DNA from: an uncultured Candidatus Saccharibacteria bacterium
GTDB lineage: Bacteria; Patescibacteriota; Minisyncoccia; UBA6257; GWB1-50-10
DNA: 64,000 bases
Assembly (NCBI GenBank): GCA_964356375.1
Contig: CAYHGT010000003.1
Coordinates: forward strand, 554 to 64,553
Direction: 5' to 3'
Part shown: positions 17,990 through 27,960 of the stretch, piece by piece
Layout: every line of letters starts with the position of its first letter
Numbering within the stretch: position 1 is the first letter of the stretch
Made by a program: the position numbers and the translations under genes
The notes under the pieces: model-generated
Databases searched by the model: none
What the model saw: the letters and a program-made list of their open reading frames with translations, nothing else
What the model was told of the DNA's origin: nothing

Positions 17990-18694
17990 TTATCGTATGA
18001 ATATATTGGTATCGGTCTTTATAATATTGGTCATATCATCCCTGCTTTGCACATAAGAAGAAACCGCCACGTTTTTCTGCGCCTCTGAAAAAGGGCTACT
18101 AATTTTGAGAGAAATAGAATTTTCGGCTCCCATGTTTTTCTTTATACTTCCCACCTGCCAATAGAAAATAAAGCGATTAAGTGATGCAACATTAAAGAAA
18201 TAAGGAACCGCACGCATGGTAACGTCGGAATTTGCGTTAATTATTGAATGAGGATATGGAATTTCTATCGCGACTACGGGCTGTGAGATTGGTATTAAAA
18301 TAGATTGTTCTGCGATTATGTTGCCAAGCGTGATTTCCGCGCGGACAAAAATACCATCTACGTCATTGGTATCAGGTTTCAGCGATGTTTGCTTTAATCC
18401 GATTCCAGAATCTATTTGATTTCCCGAGTTATACCACGCGATATTCGCTTGCGAAAGATCTGCAGATTTGCCATTTATGAGCATTTCAGTAGAAACGGTT
18501 ATCGGTGTGCCAATCGTTGGTAGTGCCCTTCCCCTATAATTAGAAGGATAAAAATTTTCAGCACTCCACGTGAGAATTATCTGTGGCGGAATTTGCGGAG
18601 CTGGCGCTGTTTTTGCCGCATGTGCGAAAAAAAAGGGCACAAAAAAACCTAGTATAGAAAACGATAGTATGGTTGTTTTGAAAAAACTTCTCAT
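17990..18694 (-). CDS. Hypothetical secreted protein (T4SS-like cluster)
   Basis: Signal peptide MRSFFKTTILSFSILGFFVPFFFAHAA; no recognisable motifs. Confidence 0.45.
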   Translation of the reverse strand: MRSFFKTTILSFSILGFFVPFFFAHAAKTAPAPQIPPQIILTWSAENFYPSNYRGRALPTIGTPITVSTEMLINGKSADLSQANIAWYNSGNQIDSGIGLKQTSLKPDTNDVDGIFVRAEITLGNIIAEQSILIPISQPVVAIEIPYPHSIINANSDVTMRAVPYFFNVASLNRFIFYWQVGSIKKNMGAENSISLKISSPFSEAQKNVAVSSYVQSRDDMTNIIKTDTNIFIR

Positions 18695-18699
18695 ATTTC

Positions 18700-19215
18700 T
18701 TATTTTTTGATAGGAACCTTGTTTGCTACTTTTTCTACCGCCTGCACCACCGCAAACTTTTCTGGATGATTTTCCATATATACCGTCACAAGGAATGTGA
18801 ATATCAGCGTTGGAATAAATGGGATTAATTGTACAAGAAAAGGAACAAGAAAACGTTTTGCTAAGCTTGATGTCACCTTACACCCCTTAATTGTAAACCA
18901 AAATGTGAAAATGAACCACGAGGTGAATTGTACAATAGTACCCAACAAACTGAAGGAGAAGAAATCTCCAATCGCGGCTAGTATATCAAGGATGATACAA
19001 ATCAAAGAGCCTAAAATTATCTCAATGGTTGAGAATTTTGGCCCCGTAGAAGATCCCAAATGCTTCCCCGCTTTTTCAAAAGCGCGCCCCTTTTCGTTAT
19101 TTTGTACTCGTATTGAAGCGGAGTGTCCTACGGTACTCACACCCTCCCCGACCGTCATCGTTCTTCTGCTTACAACACGTCTTGCTCCAGGCATAATTGG
19201 CGCATTTGTTGCCAT
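18700..19215 (-). CDS. Hypothetical polytopic membrane protein (T4SS-like cluster)
   Basis: Three to four predicted TM helices; directly downstream of the VirB4 gene. Confidence 0.45.
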   Translation of the reverse strand: MATNAPIMPGARRVVSRRTMTVGEGVSTVGHSASIRVQNNEKGRAFEKAGKHLGSSTGPKFSTIEIILGSLICIILDILAAIGDFFSFSLLGTIVQFTSWFIFTFWFTIKGCKVTSSLAKRFLVPFLVQLIPFIPTLIFTFLVTVYMENHPEKFAVVQAVEKVANKVPIKK

Positions 19216-19218
19216 ACG

Positions 19219-20970
19219 TTATTTTTTTAGTCCCTTAATTTCCAAGATCTGCTCGGGGTTTGTGGTGATAATCTGGTCCTCGGTGTAGGAAGCAACAATC
19301 TTAATCGCAACGTGCTTTGCGCCCGCAAAGAAAAGCGCCTCACCAATGTTTGCCTCAAGAAGGAATCCTTTCTCGCCCTCGGTTAAGCTGAACGCGCCCG
19401 CAACAACATCAATAGCCGCTGGCGACTGCTTCATAAGAATTTGCGTTGCCGAGTTAGTGATAATTGGTTTGCCATATTCTGATTTCAAGAAATCTTCCAC
19501 GTCTTGCGTGATAGTTGTAATGCCGAGGTAATATTTGCGGGCGCGCTTCACAAGCCCAAAAAGGAATGACGCGCTGTCCTTAAACTTCATCATAATCCAC
19601 GCCTCATCAACGACGAGCACGCGTTGGCGAAGCTCTGCGCGAATAAGATTCCACACGAAATTCAATACGATATACATCGCAATCGGGCGAAGTTCTTCGT
19701 CTAAATCACGAATTGAAAAAACAATGAGGCGGTTTTTAAAATCAACATTCGTGGGTGCGTTCGTAAAGCCCGCGTATGTGCCGTGTACAAATTTTTCAAG
19801 ACGTTGCGCGAGCTGAAGCCCTCCCTTTGTGTTTTGTAAAATAACCTGAAGATCCTCAAGAAGTGGAGGCTCCATTTCTTTTGTCTGGCCGAAATTGTCT
19901 GCGGTAATATCGCGCGACGCGTATGTATCAGAAAGCGCCTTATCAAGGAGAGCGTCTTCTTCGGGCGATATTACACCAAGCATCAGTTTTATAAGACCCG
20001 AGAGGTTCAAGATATGGGACTTAAATACATCCGCAGGTTCATCCCCTTCTGGAATAATAGGAATATCAAACGGATTGATATGGCTTTGCGATGTGAGCGA
20101 AATTTTGAAATAACTTCCGCCAATAGCATTGGAAAGATTTTGGTACTCATTTTCTGGATCTATTACAATCACATTTGTGCCAGTCATAAGCGAGCGCAAA
20201 ATGAGAAGTTTTGCGGTGTATGATTTACCAGCGCCAGCTTTTGCAAATACCACCTGGTTTGCATTTTCAAGCGAGAATCGGTCAAAAATAACTAAGCTAT
20301 TGTTGTGCATGTTTACGCCATACATCACACCCTTGTCGGATGTAAGGTCCGGAGAGACGAACGGAAAAAGCGAAGAGGCTGGCCCAGAATTAAGCGGTGT
20401 GTGTGTTTCAAGCTTATCTGTGCAGAGCGGAAGGACCGAATCAAATCCCTCCATCTGCTTGAAAAGCGCGGGCTTTATATAGACCAACTTACTCTGAAGC
20501 ATTGATTCTAATTGGGTTTCAAGTTTTGCGAGCGCATCCAAGCTTTGTCCATAAAGTGTGATATATACCCCAACTTTGAAAAGCTTTTCTCTCGCTTGCA
20601 TTAATGAATCGCGCAAGCTCTCAATGTCTTGGTAGGCGGTCTCAAGCAGTGGATCGCGCACCATACCCTTTGTTGCTTTTTCGTCCATTTCCGACTGGAC
20701 CTGCGCCACCTTTTTTTGGAGGTTGCGTAAAGCCCCCGCAGTTTCCATGGGATGTATGAAAATAGAGATATCCATCATCTCGGAAAGATTGATGATGGGC
20801 GAGAACCAGCCGGAAGAAACGAAGCGCGGGTATGTGAAAATGAAAACAGTTTTTACGAAATAATCACCGAGTTTCAGATAGTTCGGACTCACTTCAAGTC
20901 CCGAGGGCGCAACAATGTTTGGAAGGTCTCCAGGCGACGGCTTATATGTTTGTGGAATTTGTATCTTCAT
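19219..20970 (-). CDS. virB4: VirB4/TrbE/CagE-family type IV secretion ATPase, C-terminal two-thirds (ATPase domain)
   Basis: Walker A VVFAKAGAGKSYTAKL, the VirB4 signature DPENEY (DPKGEY-like), Walker B VLVVDEAW, and the upstream YPRFVSSGWFSPIINL VirB4 core. Its ATG is supplied by the terminal motif of a mini-element (cttctaacgggATG). Confidence 0.85.
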   Translation of the reverse strand: MKIQIPQTYKPSPGDLPNIVAPSGLEVSPNYLKLGDYFVKTVFIFTYPRFVSSGWFSPIINLSEMMDISIFIHPMETAGALRNLQKKVAQVQSEMDEKATKGMVRDPLLETAYQDIESLRDSLMQAREKLFKVGVYITLYGQSLDALAKLETQLESMLQSKLVYIKPALFKQMEGFDSVLPLCTDKLETHTPLNSGPASSLFPFVSPDLTSDKGVMYGVNMHNNSLVIFDRFSLENANQVVFAKAGAGKSYTAKLLILRSLMTGTNVIVIDPENEYQNLSNAIGGSYFKISLTSQSHINPFDIPIIPEGDEPADVFKSHILNLSGLIKLMLGVISPEEDALLDKALSDTYASRDITADNFGQTKEMEPPLLEDLQVILQNTKGGLQLAQRLEKFVHGTYAGFTNAPTNVDFKNRLIVFSIRDLDEELRPIAMYIVLNFVWNLIRAELRQRVLVVDEAWIMMKFKDSASFLFGLVKRARKYYLGITTITQDVEDFLKSEYGKPIITNSATQILMKQSPAAIDVVAGAFSLTEGEKGFLLEANIGEALFFAGAKHVAIKIVASYTEDQIITTNPEQILEIKGLKK

Positions 20971-21103
20971 CCCGTTAGAAGCGATTAACGCTTATTGTTT
21001 GTTTGTGCGACCAATCAACTGCTGTTTCCAATTTTGAAATTTTTGCCACGCGCACGACCACCGCAGGTGGTCGGCTTCTAACGGGATTCATCCCGTTAAT
21101 TAG
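20968..21103. mobile_element. Miniature inverted-repeat element (CATCCCGTTAGAAG ... CTTCTAACGGGAT, plus an adjacent truncated second terminus) inserted between the two VirB4 halves; contains a 38-aa read-through ORF (minus strand, 20975-21091)
   Basis: 14-bp terminal inverted repeats. Outward reading of each end gives TAA-CGGG-ATG. The interior is an uninterrupted ATG-to-TAA frame of 117 nt (MNPVRSRPPAVVVRVAKISKLETAVDWSHKQTISVNRF). Confidence 0.45.
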
Positions 21104-21139
21104 TGTGTCCACATTTTTTGTTATAGTTTGGTTCATTCT

Positions 21140-21778
21140 TTATAATTTTTTGGTAAGCTCCATACCCTTTTTCTCGGTGAGTTGTGGATTGTACATATTG
21201 TAGAATAGTTCCACGATTTCATCGGTATCTAATTGGGTCACATGGAGACCAACCTGCTCTAAGCCGTCAGTTACCTCGGAAACGCGATGTTCAAGTTGTT
21301 CAAGCGCGGCTTGTTCCGATTGGTTTGCCTCAACTTTTGTTTGTTTTTTAAACATATCAAGAAGATTGAATGACGATTTTTGGATAGACGATCCCTCGTA
21401 GGGCACAATTACAAAAAATGTCTTATTAATGATAGCGTTTTGGTCAACAAACGAGCGGATAAACTCCGCGTATTCGGCAATCTGAATCTTCAAAAGCGCA
21501 TTTTCTTCCTGTTCTTCACGCTGTTTCATTTTTGCAAGATATGCATCCACATTCACTTTTCGCGAGTGAATGAAAAGCTGGATTGAAAAATCAATCGTAT
21601 TCAAAAAATTCTGGAAACTATTAAGTATGGTCACCTGCTCGGCCTCCGATTTAAGATCAAAATTAACGCCACCCACAATGAGTATTTTACGAATACCGCC
21701 ACTCTTCAAATATGCGACACCGTCGCGCACCTCTTTTATATCAACGAATTGTTGTGTGGGAATGCTTACTTCTGCCAT
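21140..21778 (-). CDS. virB4: VirB4-family ATPase, N-terminal domain (separate ORF)
   Basis: FVDIKEVRDGVAYLKSGGIRKILIVGGVNFDLKSEAEQ resembles the N-terminal segment of Gram-positive-type VirB4 (TcpF/Orf16/PrgJ-like). 212 + 583 aa is about full VirB4 length; it lies directly upstream of the ATPase ORF on the same strand. Confidence 0.5.
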   Translation of the reverse strand: MAEVSIPTQQFVDIKEVRDGVAYLKSGGIRKILIVGGVNFDLKSEAEQVTILNSFQNFLNTIDFSIQLFIHSRKVNVDAYLAKMKQREEQEENALLKIQIAEYAEFIRSFVDQNAIINKTFFVIVPYEGSSIQKSSFNLLDMFKKQTKVEANQSEQAALEQLEHRVSEVTDGLEQVGLHVTQLDTDEIVELFYNMYNPQLTEKKGMELTKKL

Positions 21779-21857
21779 ATGTCATTAGTATACCGCATTT
21801 TTCTACCTACGGTAAATCTTCCATGTCCGCCGATAGGCAGGCGCAGGGGAGACAACC

Positions 21858-22343
21858 TTAATAATCAACTCTCTTCGCTACCTTATGCTCCCCCGTTAAA
21901 TATGTCACAGATTGATATCGAGCGCCGCTCGCACTCTTGTGTTTGAGGATTTCTCCCGTGGTGATGCTCTGCGCAAGTGATTTAATTTTGTCCTGGATAC
22001 TTATATTGTTGCGCAACGCCTGGATTTTTTCCAAATCAGAGGTATCAAGCGTGGTCTGCTCCATCGCGCGTTGCCATGTATATCTGCGAGGCTTCCATAT
22101 AAAGGAGACCGCAGAAACCAAAATTGTTGGAAAGTCCTGACCGTTTATTTTCACAAACGCAAGCGCAATCGCGATACTGGCCAAAATAACAGAGATAAAT
22201 AACCACAAGAAAAACGTAAGCACATAAAAACCGGCAATAGAAATACCTCCCGCAACCGCGAGATAAAAAAATTGCATCAGCGTAAACGGGCCGACTATTT
22301 TCGCCTTCTCCTCAATAAATTGTGGGACTTGGAATTCTGCCAT
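21858..22343 (-). CDS. VirB3/PrgI-like small two-TM membrane protein
   Basis: 161 aa with two TM helices (FFYLAVAGGISIAGFYVLTFFLWLFISVILASIAIALAFV), immediately upstream of virB4 in the conserved virB3-virB4 order. Confidence 0.35.
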   Translation of the reverse strand: MAEFQVPQFIEEKAKIVGPFTLMQFFYLAVAGGISIAGFYVLTFFLWLFISVILASIAIALAFVKINGQDFPTILVSAVSFIWKPRRYTWQRAMEQTTLDTSDLEKIQALRNNISIQDKIKSLAQSITTGEILKHKSASGARYQSVTYLTGEHKVAKRVDY

Positions 22344-22357
22344 GTGTAAAAAGAAAA

Positions 22358-23590
22358 CTACTTTAAATGAACCACATTTCCTTCTAGTGCCGGACCGTTT
22401 TCTTTTGGCGCGTATTCAGCCCCTTTTGTCTGGGTATTAGGAAGTTTAGCGGGTACAGCGCTTATTGTGATGGGAACGGGCTGACTCGTTGTGGGTTTTA
22501 GGTTGCCACCCTCCGGAAGATGTTCAGCGGGGACATAGATTTTAGGTTGTTTGTCTGCAACCGAAATCTTCTTTTCTTCCCTTTTTTTGTTGAATATGGA
22601 TTTTAGTGACCATCTCCTTCCCTCTTCTTTTACAGATTCATTTAGCGCTGACGTATCAACGACCGTAGGAGTGGAGGCCGTCTCTGGTGCTTTTGATTGC
22701 AATGCATCAATTGAGCCCGCGATACTCGGTGTGACAACAGGACTTATTTTTTCCGTCTCGTTGTCGTATGTTGTAGGTCGTTTGTCGTTGGTTGAGATAT
22801 TTTGCAACGCTTCCAAATGAATGAGACCCTCGGGAGTTTGCGAAAGCGGAGAAGACGATGAGCGGATTTCGCTATAATGCACAACTTTTTCCTCGTCTTT
22901 CTTCTTTTCAAATGGCCAACTGAACGCATGCGGGGTTTCAATTTTTACTTTCACAGCCGGCTTCGCCTCCGTTGATTCGGGAGAAGATGCAAACATATTG
23001 AACGGAATTGGCGACCTCCTCTTTTCTGTGCGCTCCGCAGGCTTCTCAAAGAATGAACCGCTCTTTTGGAGCACCATCGGACCACCTTCTTCATGGATAG
23101 GCAATGAGACAGGTTCTGTGTCCTCGGTTCCTATCGCGCTTACTTGTATTTTTTCGCCAATTAGCCCCACTGATTCTACCTTTGTTTCCGTCGCCACCTC
23201 TTCATTGTTCGGCTGTGTGGTTGTTTTTTCACTTTCTTCAGTTGCTTCCGTTTCGTCACCGTACGGATTATACGCCTCTTCAAGCTCCTCTTTTACCGAA
23301 TCAAAAATACGCGCATTAATTTCATTCGCAAGCGCGCGTGAATGTTCGTGGTTTAGAAATAGTCGTTCGCCTATCTCATGCGTAAGTTCGCTTTTTGCCA
23401 AGAAGCCCATAAGTACAAACGCAATGAGTGCTCCAAGTTCCCACTGTTTTTCCTCGTCAAGATAGTGTTCCCTACCGATGTTTTCCAACATCTTTTTTCC
23501 TTGTTGTGAATCAACCGCATCACGAAGTTCTTCGTGGAGCGCGGTATAACGATTAGTGAATGCTGTTTTTGTGGGGAATGTGAATGCCAT
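22358..23590 (-). CDS. Hypothetical acidic, low-complexity (E/T/P/K-rich) protein
   Basis: 410-aa ORF with a structured N-terminal part of about 90 aa, then a long disordered region; no motif recognised. Confidence 0.45.
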   Translation of the reverse strand: MAFTFPTKTAFTNRYTALHEELRDAVDSQQGKKMLENIGREHYLDEEKQWELGALIAFVLMGFLAKSELTHEIGERLFLNHEHSRALANEINARIFDSVKEELEEAYNPYGDETEATEESEKTTTQPNNEEVATETKVESVGLIGEKIQVSAIGTEDTEPVSLPIHEEGGPMVLQKSGSFFEKPAERTEKRRSPIPFNMFASSPESTEAKPAVKVKIETPHAFSWPFEKKKDEEKVVHYSEIRSSSSPLSQTPEGLIHLEALQNISTNDKRPTTYDNETEKISPVVTPSIAGSIDALQSKAPETASTPTVVDTSALNESVKEEGRRWSLKSIFNKKREEKKISVADKQPKIYVPAEHLPEGGNLKPTTSQPVPITISAVPAKLPNTQTKGAEYAPKENGPALEGNVVHLK

Positions 23591-23594
23591 TTTA

Positions 23595-25838
23595 TTATGT
23601 AATTATTTTTGGTCCTTGCGCATTCCGTTCAGCGTCTTCTTTCGCCCTGCGCGCGCGTTCTTCTTCTCTTGATTGCGCAGCCGCCTTAGCGCGAATATTC
23701 GCGATCGGGGTGTTTTCGGTGAATCCCTCAGTAATAATCGGACTTGTAGTTTTTTCTTTTGGAGTATTTGGTTGTTTTTTATTCTCTTTTTCTTTTTTCT
23801 CAGCTTCCGCGATTTCTTTTTTCGCGTCATTCCAAAGATCCGTGATTTTTTCTAGCGGGTTTTCAGAGAACCACCCGTCGTTCTTAGCATTCCTTGCCGC
23901 AATAGTAGCTTCCACAAGGTCTTTTGCGCGCTCCTCCCACTGCGCTTTTGTTTTTGGTTTCTGCCCCTCTATTTTCTGCCACTTCGCGGTCTGCTCCTTT
24001 GCGGCAGTAATTTTTGAATCCAAATCATGTTTCATTCCGGGCGCGGGTATATATGCTTTGTTTTTAATATCCTCGTCTTTCTTTGCGGTCATAGCCACAA
24101 GCTGTTTCTCCCATTCCGTTCTTGCTGGTGATGCTTCTGCCGAAGTCTTTCTCATCTTAGAGAGTTCTTTGTATGTAGCGTCTCGTTGCGCCTCAAAGAA
24201 CGAGGTCTTGAGACCTTTTGCGAGGAGCATTTCGCGTTTCAACTCAAACTCCTCAGCTTGTTTCATAAGACCCTCTTCGGTTTCCGGAAGTTTTGTTTTC
24301 TTTCTCATCTCGTCCTCCAATTTCTCAATATTTTTCTTCATGTCGCTTACATCAACGCCAGCCTTCTCAAGCTCTTCCAGTTTCTTAAGCTTCTTCTCAT
24401 GGTTTTTCTCATCTTCTTCTAACGATGTTGTTTCTTTCGCTTTCTTCGCTTCGCTAATCTTGGTTTCTACACCCTTTTCTCCGCCCGTAAGTACTGCCCA
24501 CGCGAGAGAGCCTAGCGAGTCCGGTTTCGTGGAGGCGCCATCCACCGTCTGGAGTCCTTGACCCGCAACACGTATCATGGCTTGTAGAGGTGCGCGCACT
24601 GGTGTCATTGCAAGCATTGCCGCCTTTCCAAACAGATTTTTTGGTTTGTACTCGCCCACCGTCTTTATACCCGTACCAAAACGAAGCGCTTGTCGCCCAA
24701 TTGCCCCCCCCACCCGAGATTGGGCAATTTTTTGACCAAATGTTTTTGCGCCCTTGCCTGCATAATTCTTCGCAATCGCGCCAAGTCCTTGAAGTCTATC
24801 AATACCCGCAGCTGCCGCGACGATGCCCATTTTTTGTGCAGCAATAAGTCCGCCAATCAAGATTCCGCTAAGAACAGTCATTTGTGAACCGATAACCATG
24901 ATGTTTTGCAATGCGCCCATTTTGAAAAACTCATTGGTCGTATTCACTTTACCAAGCGCCTCCGCGCTTCCAAGCGCAAGATAGAGAAAAAACATAAGTA
25001 TAGGGGCAAAGAATACCTGTTCCATGAACTTGCTCCACCATTTAGAGAACTTATCCGCCTGTCCTGGAATTACCCAAAAGAGCCACGTAATTGGCGCAAG
25101 GATGAGAAGAATGGAGAGCCACACAAACCGTACGAGAAGCATGATAGCAAAAATAAACATAATGATGGTAGCGATAAGATTAAATCCAGTGATAAAAAAG
25201 ATTTCCGCGATGGACGCCATAACCGCAGTTGAAAGACTCGTGCCCACACCGGCTTCATCCGCAGGATTTGGTGGTAAGGGGTCATTTCCACTATTTAACA
25301 TAAATTGTTGAGAATTAAATGCGCCCGCCAACTTGTTTACCACACCAAACATCCCCCCTTCGTTTATTTTGCTCATAAAGAAATTGGTGATTACATTGGA
25401 GAAATCAATAAATACCCCCCCAATAGCGAGGCTGAAGTTCACGAGGATTGCGGCTGCGATGAGTTTTGGAAGCAATTTTTTATACCCGTATTCTTCAGAG
25501 CCGACGATGGTGGCAAAAGCGATGATAATCATTGCGAGCACGAATCCAAGGTTCGCAAGGTCGCGCGTAATTGTCCAACCAACACCCACAAGCTGGTTTA
25601 CACCCGTGTTGGCAACTGTGGTATTGAGCGTCATCATAAATTCAACGAGCGCGCCCGCGAGCATAAACGCAAGTGAGATAAAGAAGTTATAGAGATAGAT
25701 AATAAATTTTGCGGAGTAGGATACTATATCAGCAAGCATCTGATCCGCGAATGCCGCGTGCGCAAATTGAGGCACAATAAGTCCCACGAGGATAAGCGCG
25801 CCGAGACCCGAAAGCATTTTTTTATTGCGTAGCTTCAT
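23595..25838 (-). CDS. Large polytopic membrane protein, VirB6/TrbL-like, with a lysine/glutamate-rich C-terminal tail
   Basis: Signal-like N-terminus, at least eight hydrophobic helices over about 400 aa, then a roughly 300-aa charged coiled-coil-like tail. The position within the T4SS-like gene block fits the enlarged VirB6 homologs of Gram-positive systems. Confidence 0.45.
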   Translation of the reverse strand: MKLRNKKMLSGLGALILVGLIVPQFAHAAFADQMLADIVSYSAKFIIYLYNFFISLAFMLAGALVEFMMTLNTTVANTGVNQLVGVGWTITRDLANLGFVLAMIIIAFATIVGSEEYGYKKLLPKLIAAAILVNFSLAIGGVFIDFSNVITNFFMSKINEGGMFGVVNKLAGAFNSQQFMLNSGNDPLPPNPADEAGVGTSLSTAVMASIAEIFFITGFNLIATIIMFIFAIMLLVRFVWLSILLILAPITWLFWVIPGQADKFSKWWSKFMEQVFFAPILMFFLYLALGSAEALGKVNTTNEFFKMGALQNIMVIGSQMTVLSGILIGGLIAAQKMGIVAAAAGIDRLQGLGAIAKNYAGKGAKTFGQKIAQSRVGGAIGRQALRFGTGIKTVGEYKPKNLFGKAAMLAMTPVRAPLQAMIRVAGQGLQTVDGASTKPDSLGSLAWAVLTGGEKGVETKISEAKKAKETTSLEEDEKNHEKKLKKLEELEKAGVDVSDMKKNIEKLEDEMRKKTKLPETEEGLMKQAEEFELKREMLLAKGLKTSFFEAQRDATYKELSKMRKTSAEASPARTEWEKQLVAMTAKKDEDIKNKAYIPAPGMKHDLDSKITAAKEQTAKWQKIEGQKPKTKAQWEERAKDLVEATIAARNAKNDGWFSENPLEKITDLWNDAKKEIAEAEKKEKENKKQPNTPKEKTTSPIITEGFTENTPIANIRAKAAAQSREEERARRAKEDAERNAQGPKIIT

Positions 25839-25846
25839 TATGCGAT

Positions 25847-27958
25847 TTAATACTGCACGCGTAGTCTACCCGTTGTCGTCACATTCACTGTTTTTGATAC
25901 AACCCCACCAGCACCATAACAAGAGAGCGTGTAGGTAGATAATGAACCGGGGTCGCTAAAAAGGCGAACATTCTCAGAGCCCGAAGTTGCTCTCAGTCCA
26001 TCCCAATCGCCAGATGCGGTACATGAACTTGCGCCCGTGGTAGACCAAGTAATTTTCACAAGTCCTCCAACATGTACACGTGCGGGAGTCCGAGTGAGCG
26101 TAAGTGTTGGAATTGTAGATGTGCTGGTCCCACCACCAACTGGCACCGCCGGACACATATATGGGGCGGGTGCCACGGTGCTGGTGCACGCATTAAGTTG
26201 TGAGGTTACGTCAGTCGATGCGAATGCGGTTTTATCAGCGGTGAGCTTATTTATCATATCGTTTATTGCGGTTGCATATTGTTGAACCTCCGTATAAAGA
26301 GCGAATACATCTTCTGGGGTAGTTTCGGGATCGTTTAGTGTCGCAATCATGTCAATCAGTCGTTGTTTGAGGGTATTAAGCAGTGAATTTGCGCCAGTAA
26401 TATCCGAGGAAAGTGATATGATAGCGGAGAACAAATTCGCGGTTGTAGGACACTGCGCCTTTTGTGCGGTCTTTTGCGCCTCGCACGCCGAAAGAAGCGA
26501 CAGGTCTGACTGAGACACAGACGGCAAGGCCGTAACATCGGCAACCAAAGGAGCAAGCACATCATTTAACGCGGCGAGTGCGCTTTCAGCAAGACTAAGC
26601 GCGGTTGAGGTAGAAACAAGTGCTGGATTCGTTGAAGTGGTGGTCGTGTCTAAAAGTTCCGAGCCATACTCAAGATAAATCATATCGCGTTTGCACTTTT
26701 CAGTTTGTGCGGTGGTTACGTTTGGACCTGTTGGCATGCTTGTGCAATATGGTTCGGGTGCTTTGTTTGTAGAACTATTACTGAATATGTTTTTGGATGC
26801 GTCACTAAGACCCTTTACACCTTCTTTTGCGAGGCGATTAAAGGCCGCATCAAATATTGCGGAAAGATAAGGAGTAAGGTCGTCGGCGCTTACGAGCGCG
26901 TCCTTGTCATTGCTACCAAGCGAATTGCCGAGTATTGTGCCAAGTGTTTCTCCTGGTGTTGTAATTTTCTGGCCTTCTGCCTTACATACAATTTTTGTGA
27001 TTATGTCTTCAAGTGGTAATGCTGGCACTATTTTTCCTCGCGCGACCGATTCGGATGGTGGCTCGCTCGGGTCTATAAGAGAGTTATCATTACCAGCGAG
27101 GAATGTTGCAATAACCGTTTCGGGGCCAAGGTCATTATCAGCATCTCCAAGTGAGCTCCTTCCGATGACGGACCACGTGATACACATTTTTGTAGACAAA
27201 AATCCTTTAGTGCCAGCCGTCTCAGTTTTTAACGCATCAGTTTTTGCACCCTTCCTACGCGAAAGATCATCAATTGCCAAAAGTTGAAGTCCATATTTAT
27301 TATTTTGGAGGCTATTCACTTCTTGATATGCAAGCCAACTCCCATTTTCAAAATTATCAGCAAATGCGCGTACATTACCTATCACTTTTGAGAGTGTGCA
27401 ACTTGCGGCCTTGGAAAGTTTAGGCGGTGTTTGCAGGTTTAGTTGTAATTGAATGCCGAGTTTTGCGTCACACAGTTGTCCCGCACCGATTTCTTGGAGC
27501 GTATCTCCGAGCGCGGCGTCTGCGCTATCCCTAAGCACCGAGTTGAAATTAGTAACGAATTTAGGGTTCCCTCCCGTTCCACTTATCCAAGCGACTACAT
27601 CATCGGTGAGCCTATCAAGTAGGTGCTTTTTAAACTTATTAAATGCAATTTTAATGAGCATCTTCCAGAGAGCTTTTAAACATTCTTCTACGTTATCCCA
27701 AAACTTTTGCCAAGAAGTCCTGTGATCAAGCGCCGCAACCGCTGGATCTGGCGCTAAGGAGCTCAGTTTGCCAGAAACTAGTGCGGCAAGCCATTTAGCC
27801 GCCTTTGTTATTCCACATTTTTTGAATACCTCCTGCGCCCCCCCATCCGCGCTTGCAGCGGCCGCGTTCGCTCTATCTGGGAGCACAAAATACAACGAAT
27901 TCGCAAGAATTATTATAGAAAGAAGCGAGGCGATAGTTTTTGTTGTAGATGGACGCAT
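25847..27958 (-). CDS. Large secreted protein with C-terminal Ig/PKD-like beta-sandwich domain
   Basis: Signal peptide (IASLLSIIILANSLYFV...ANA); Cys-containing; C-terminal roughly 100 aa rich in T/S/G beta-strand pattern. Confidence 0.45.
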   Translation of the reverse strand: MRPSTTKTIASLLSIIILANSLYFVLPDRANAAAASADGGAQEVFKKCGITKAAKWLAALVSGKLSSLAPDPAVAALDHRTSWQKFWDNVEECLKALWKMLIKIAFNKFKKHLLDRLTDDVVAWISGTGGNPKFVTNFNSVLRDSADAALGDTLQEIGAGQLCDAKLGIQLQLNLQTPPKLSKAASCTLSKVIGNVRAFADNFENGSWLAYQEVNSLQNNKYGLQLLAIDDLSRRKGAKTDALKTETAGTKGFLSTKMCITWSVIGRSSLGDADNDLGPETVIATFLAGNDNSLIDPSEPPSESVARGKIVPALPLEDIITKIVCKAEGQKITTPGETLGTILGNSLGSNDKDALVSADDLTPYLSAIFDAAFNRLAKEGVKGLSDASKNIFSNSSTNKAPEPYCTSMPTGPNVTTAQTEKCKRDMIYLEYGSELLDTTTTSTNPALVSTSTALSLAESALAALNDVLAPLVADVTALPSVSQSDLSLLSACEAQKTAQKAQCPTTANLFSAIISLSSDITGANSLLNTLKQRLIDMIATLNDPETTPEDVFALYTEVQQYATAINDMINKLTADKTAFASTDVTSQLNACTSTVAPAPYMCPAVPVGGGTSTSTIPTLTLTRTPARVHVGGLVKITWSTTGASSCTASGDWDGLRATSGSENVRLFSDPGSLSTYTLSCYGAGGVVSKTVNVTTTGRLRVQY

Positions 27959-27960
27959 GT

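Noticed and set aside
23584-24561. 325-aa plus-strand ORF (F/S-rich) opposite the VirB6-like gene
   Set aside because: Extreme low-complexity composition generated by the reverse complement of the K/E-rich coding region on the other strand; not a gene.
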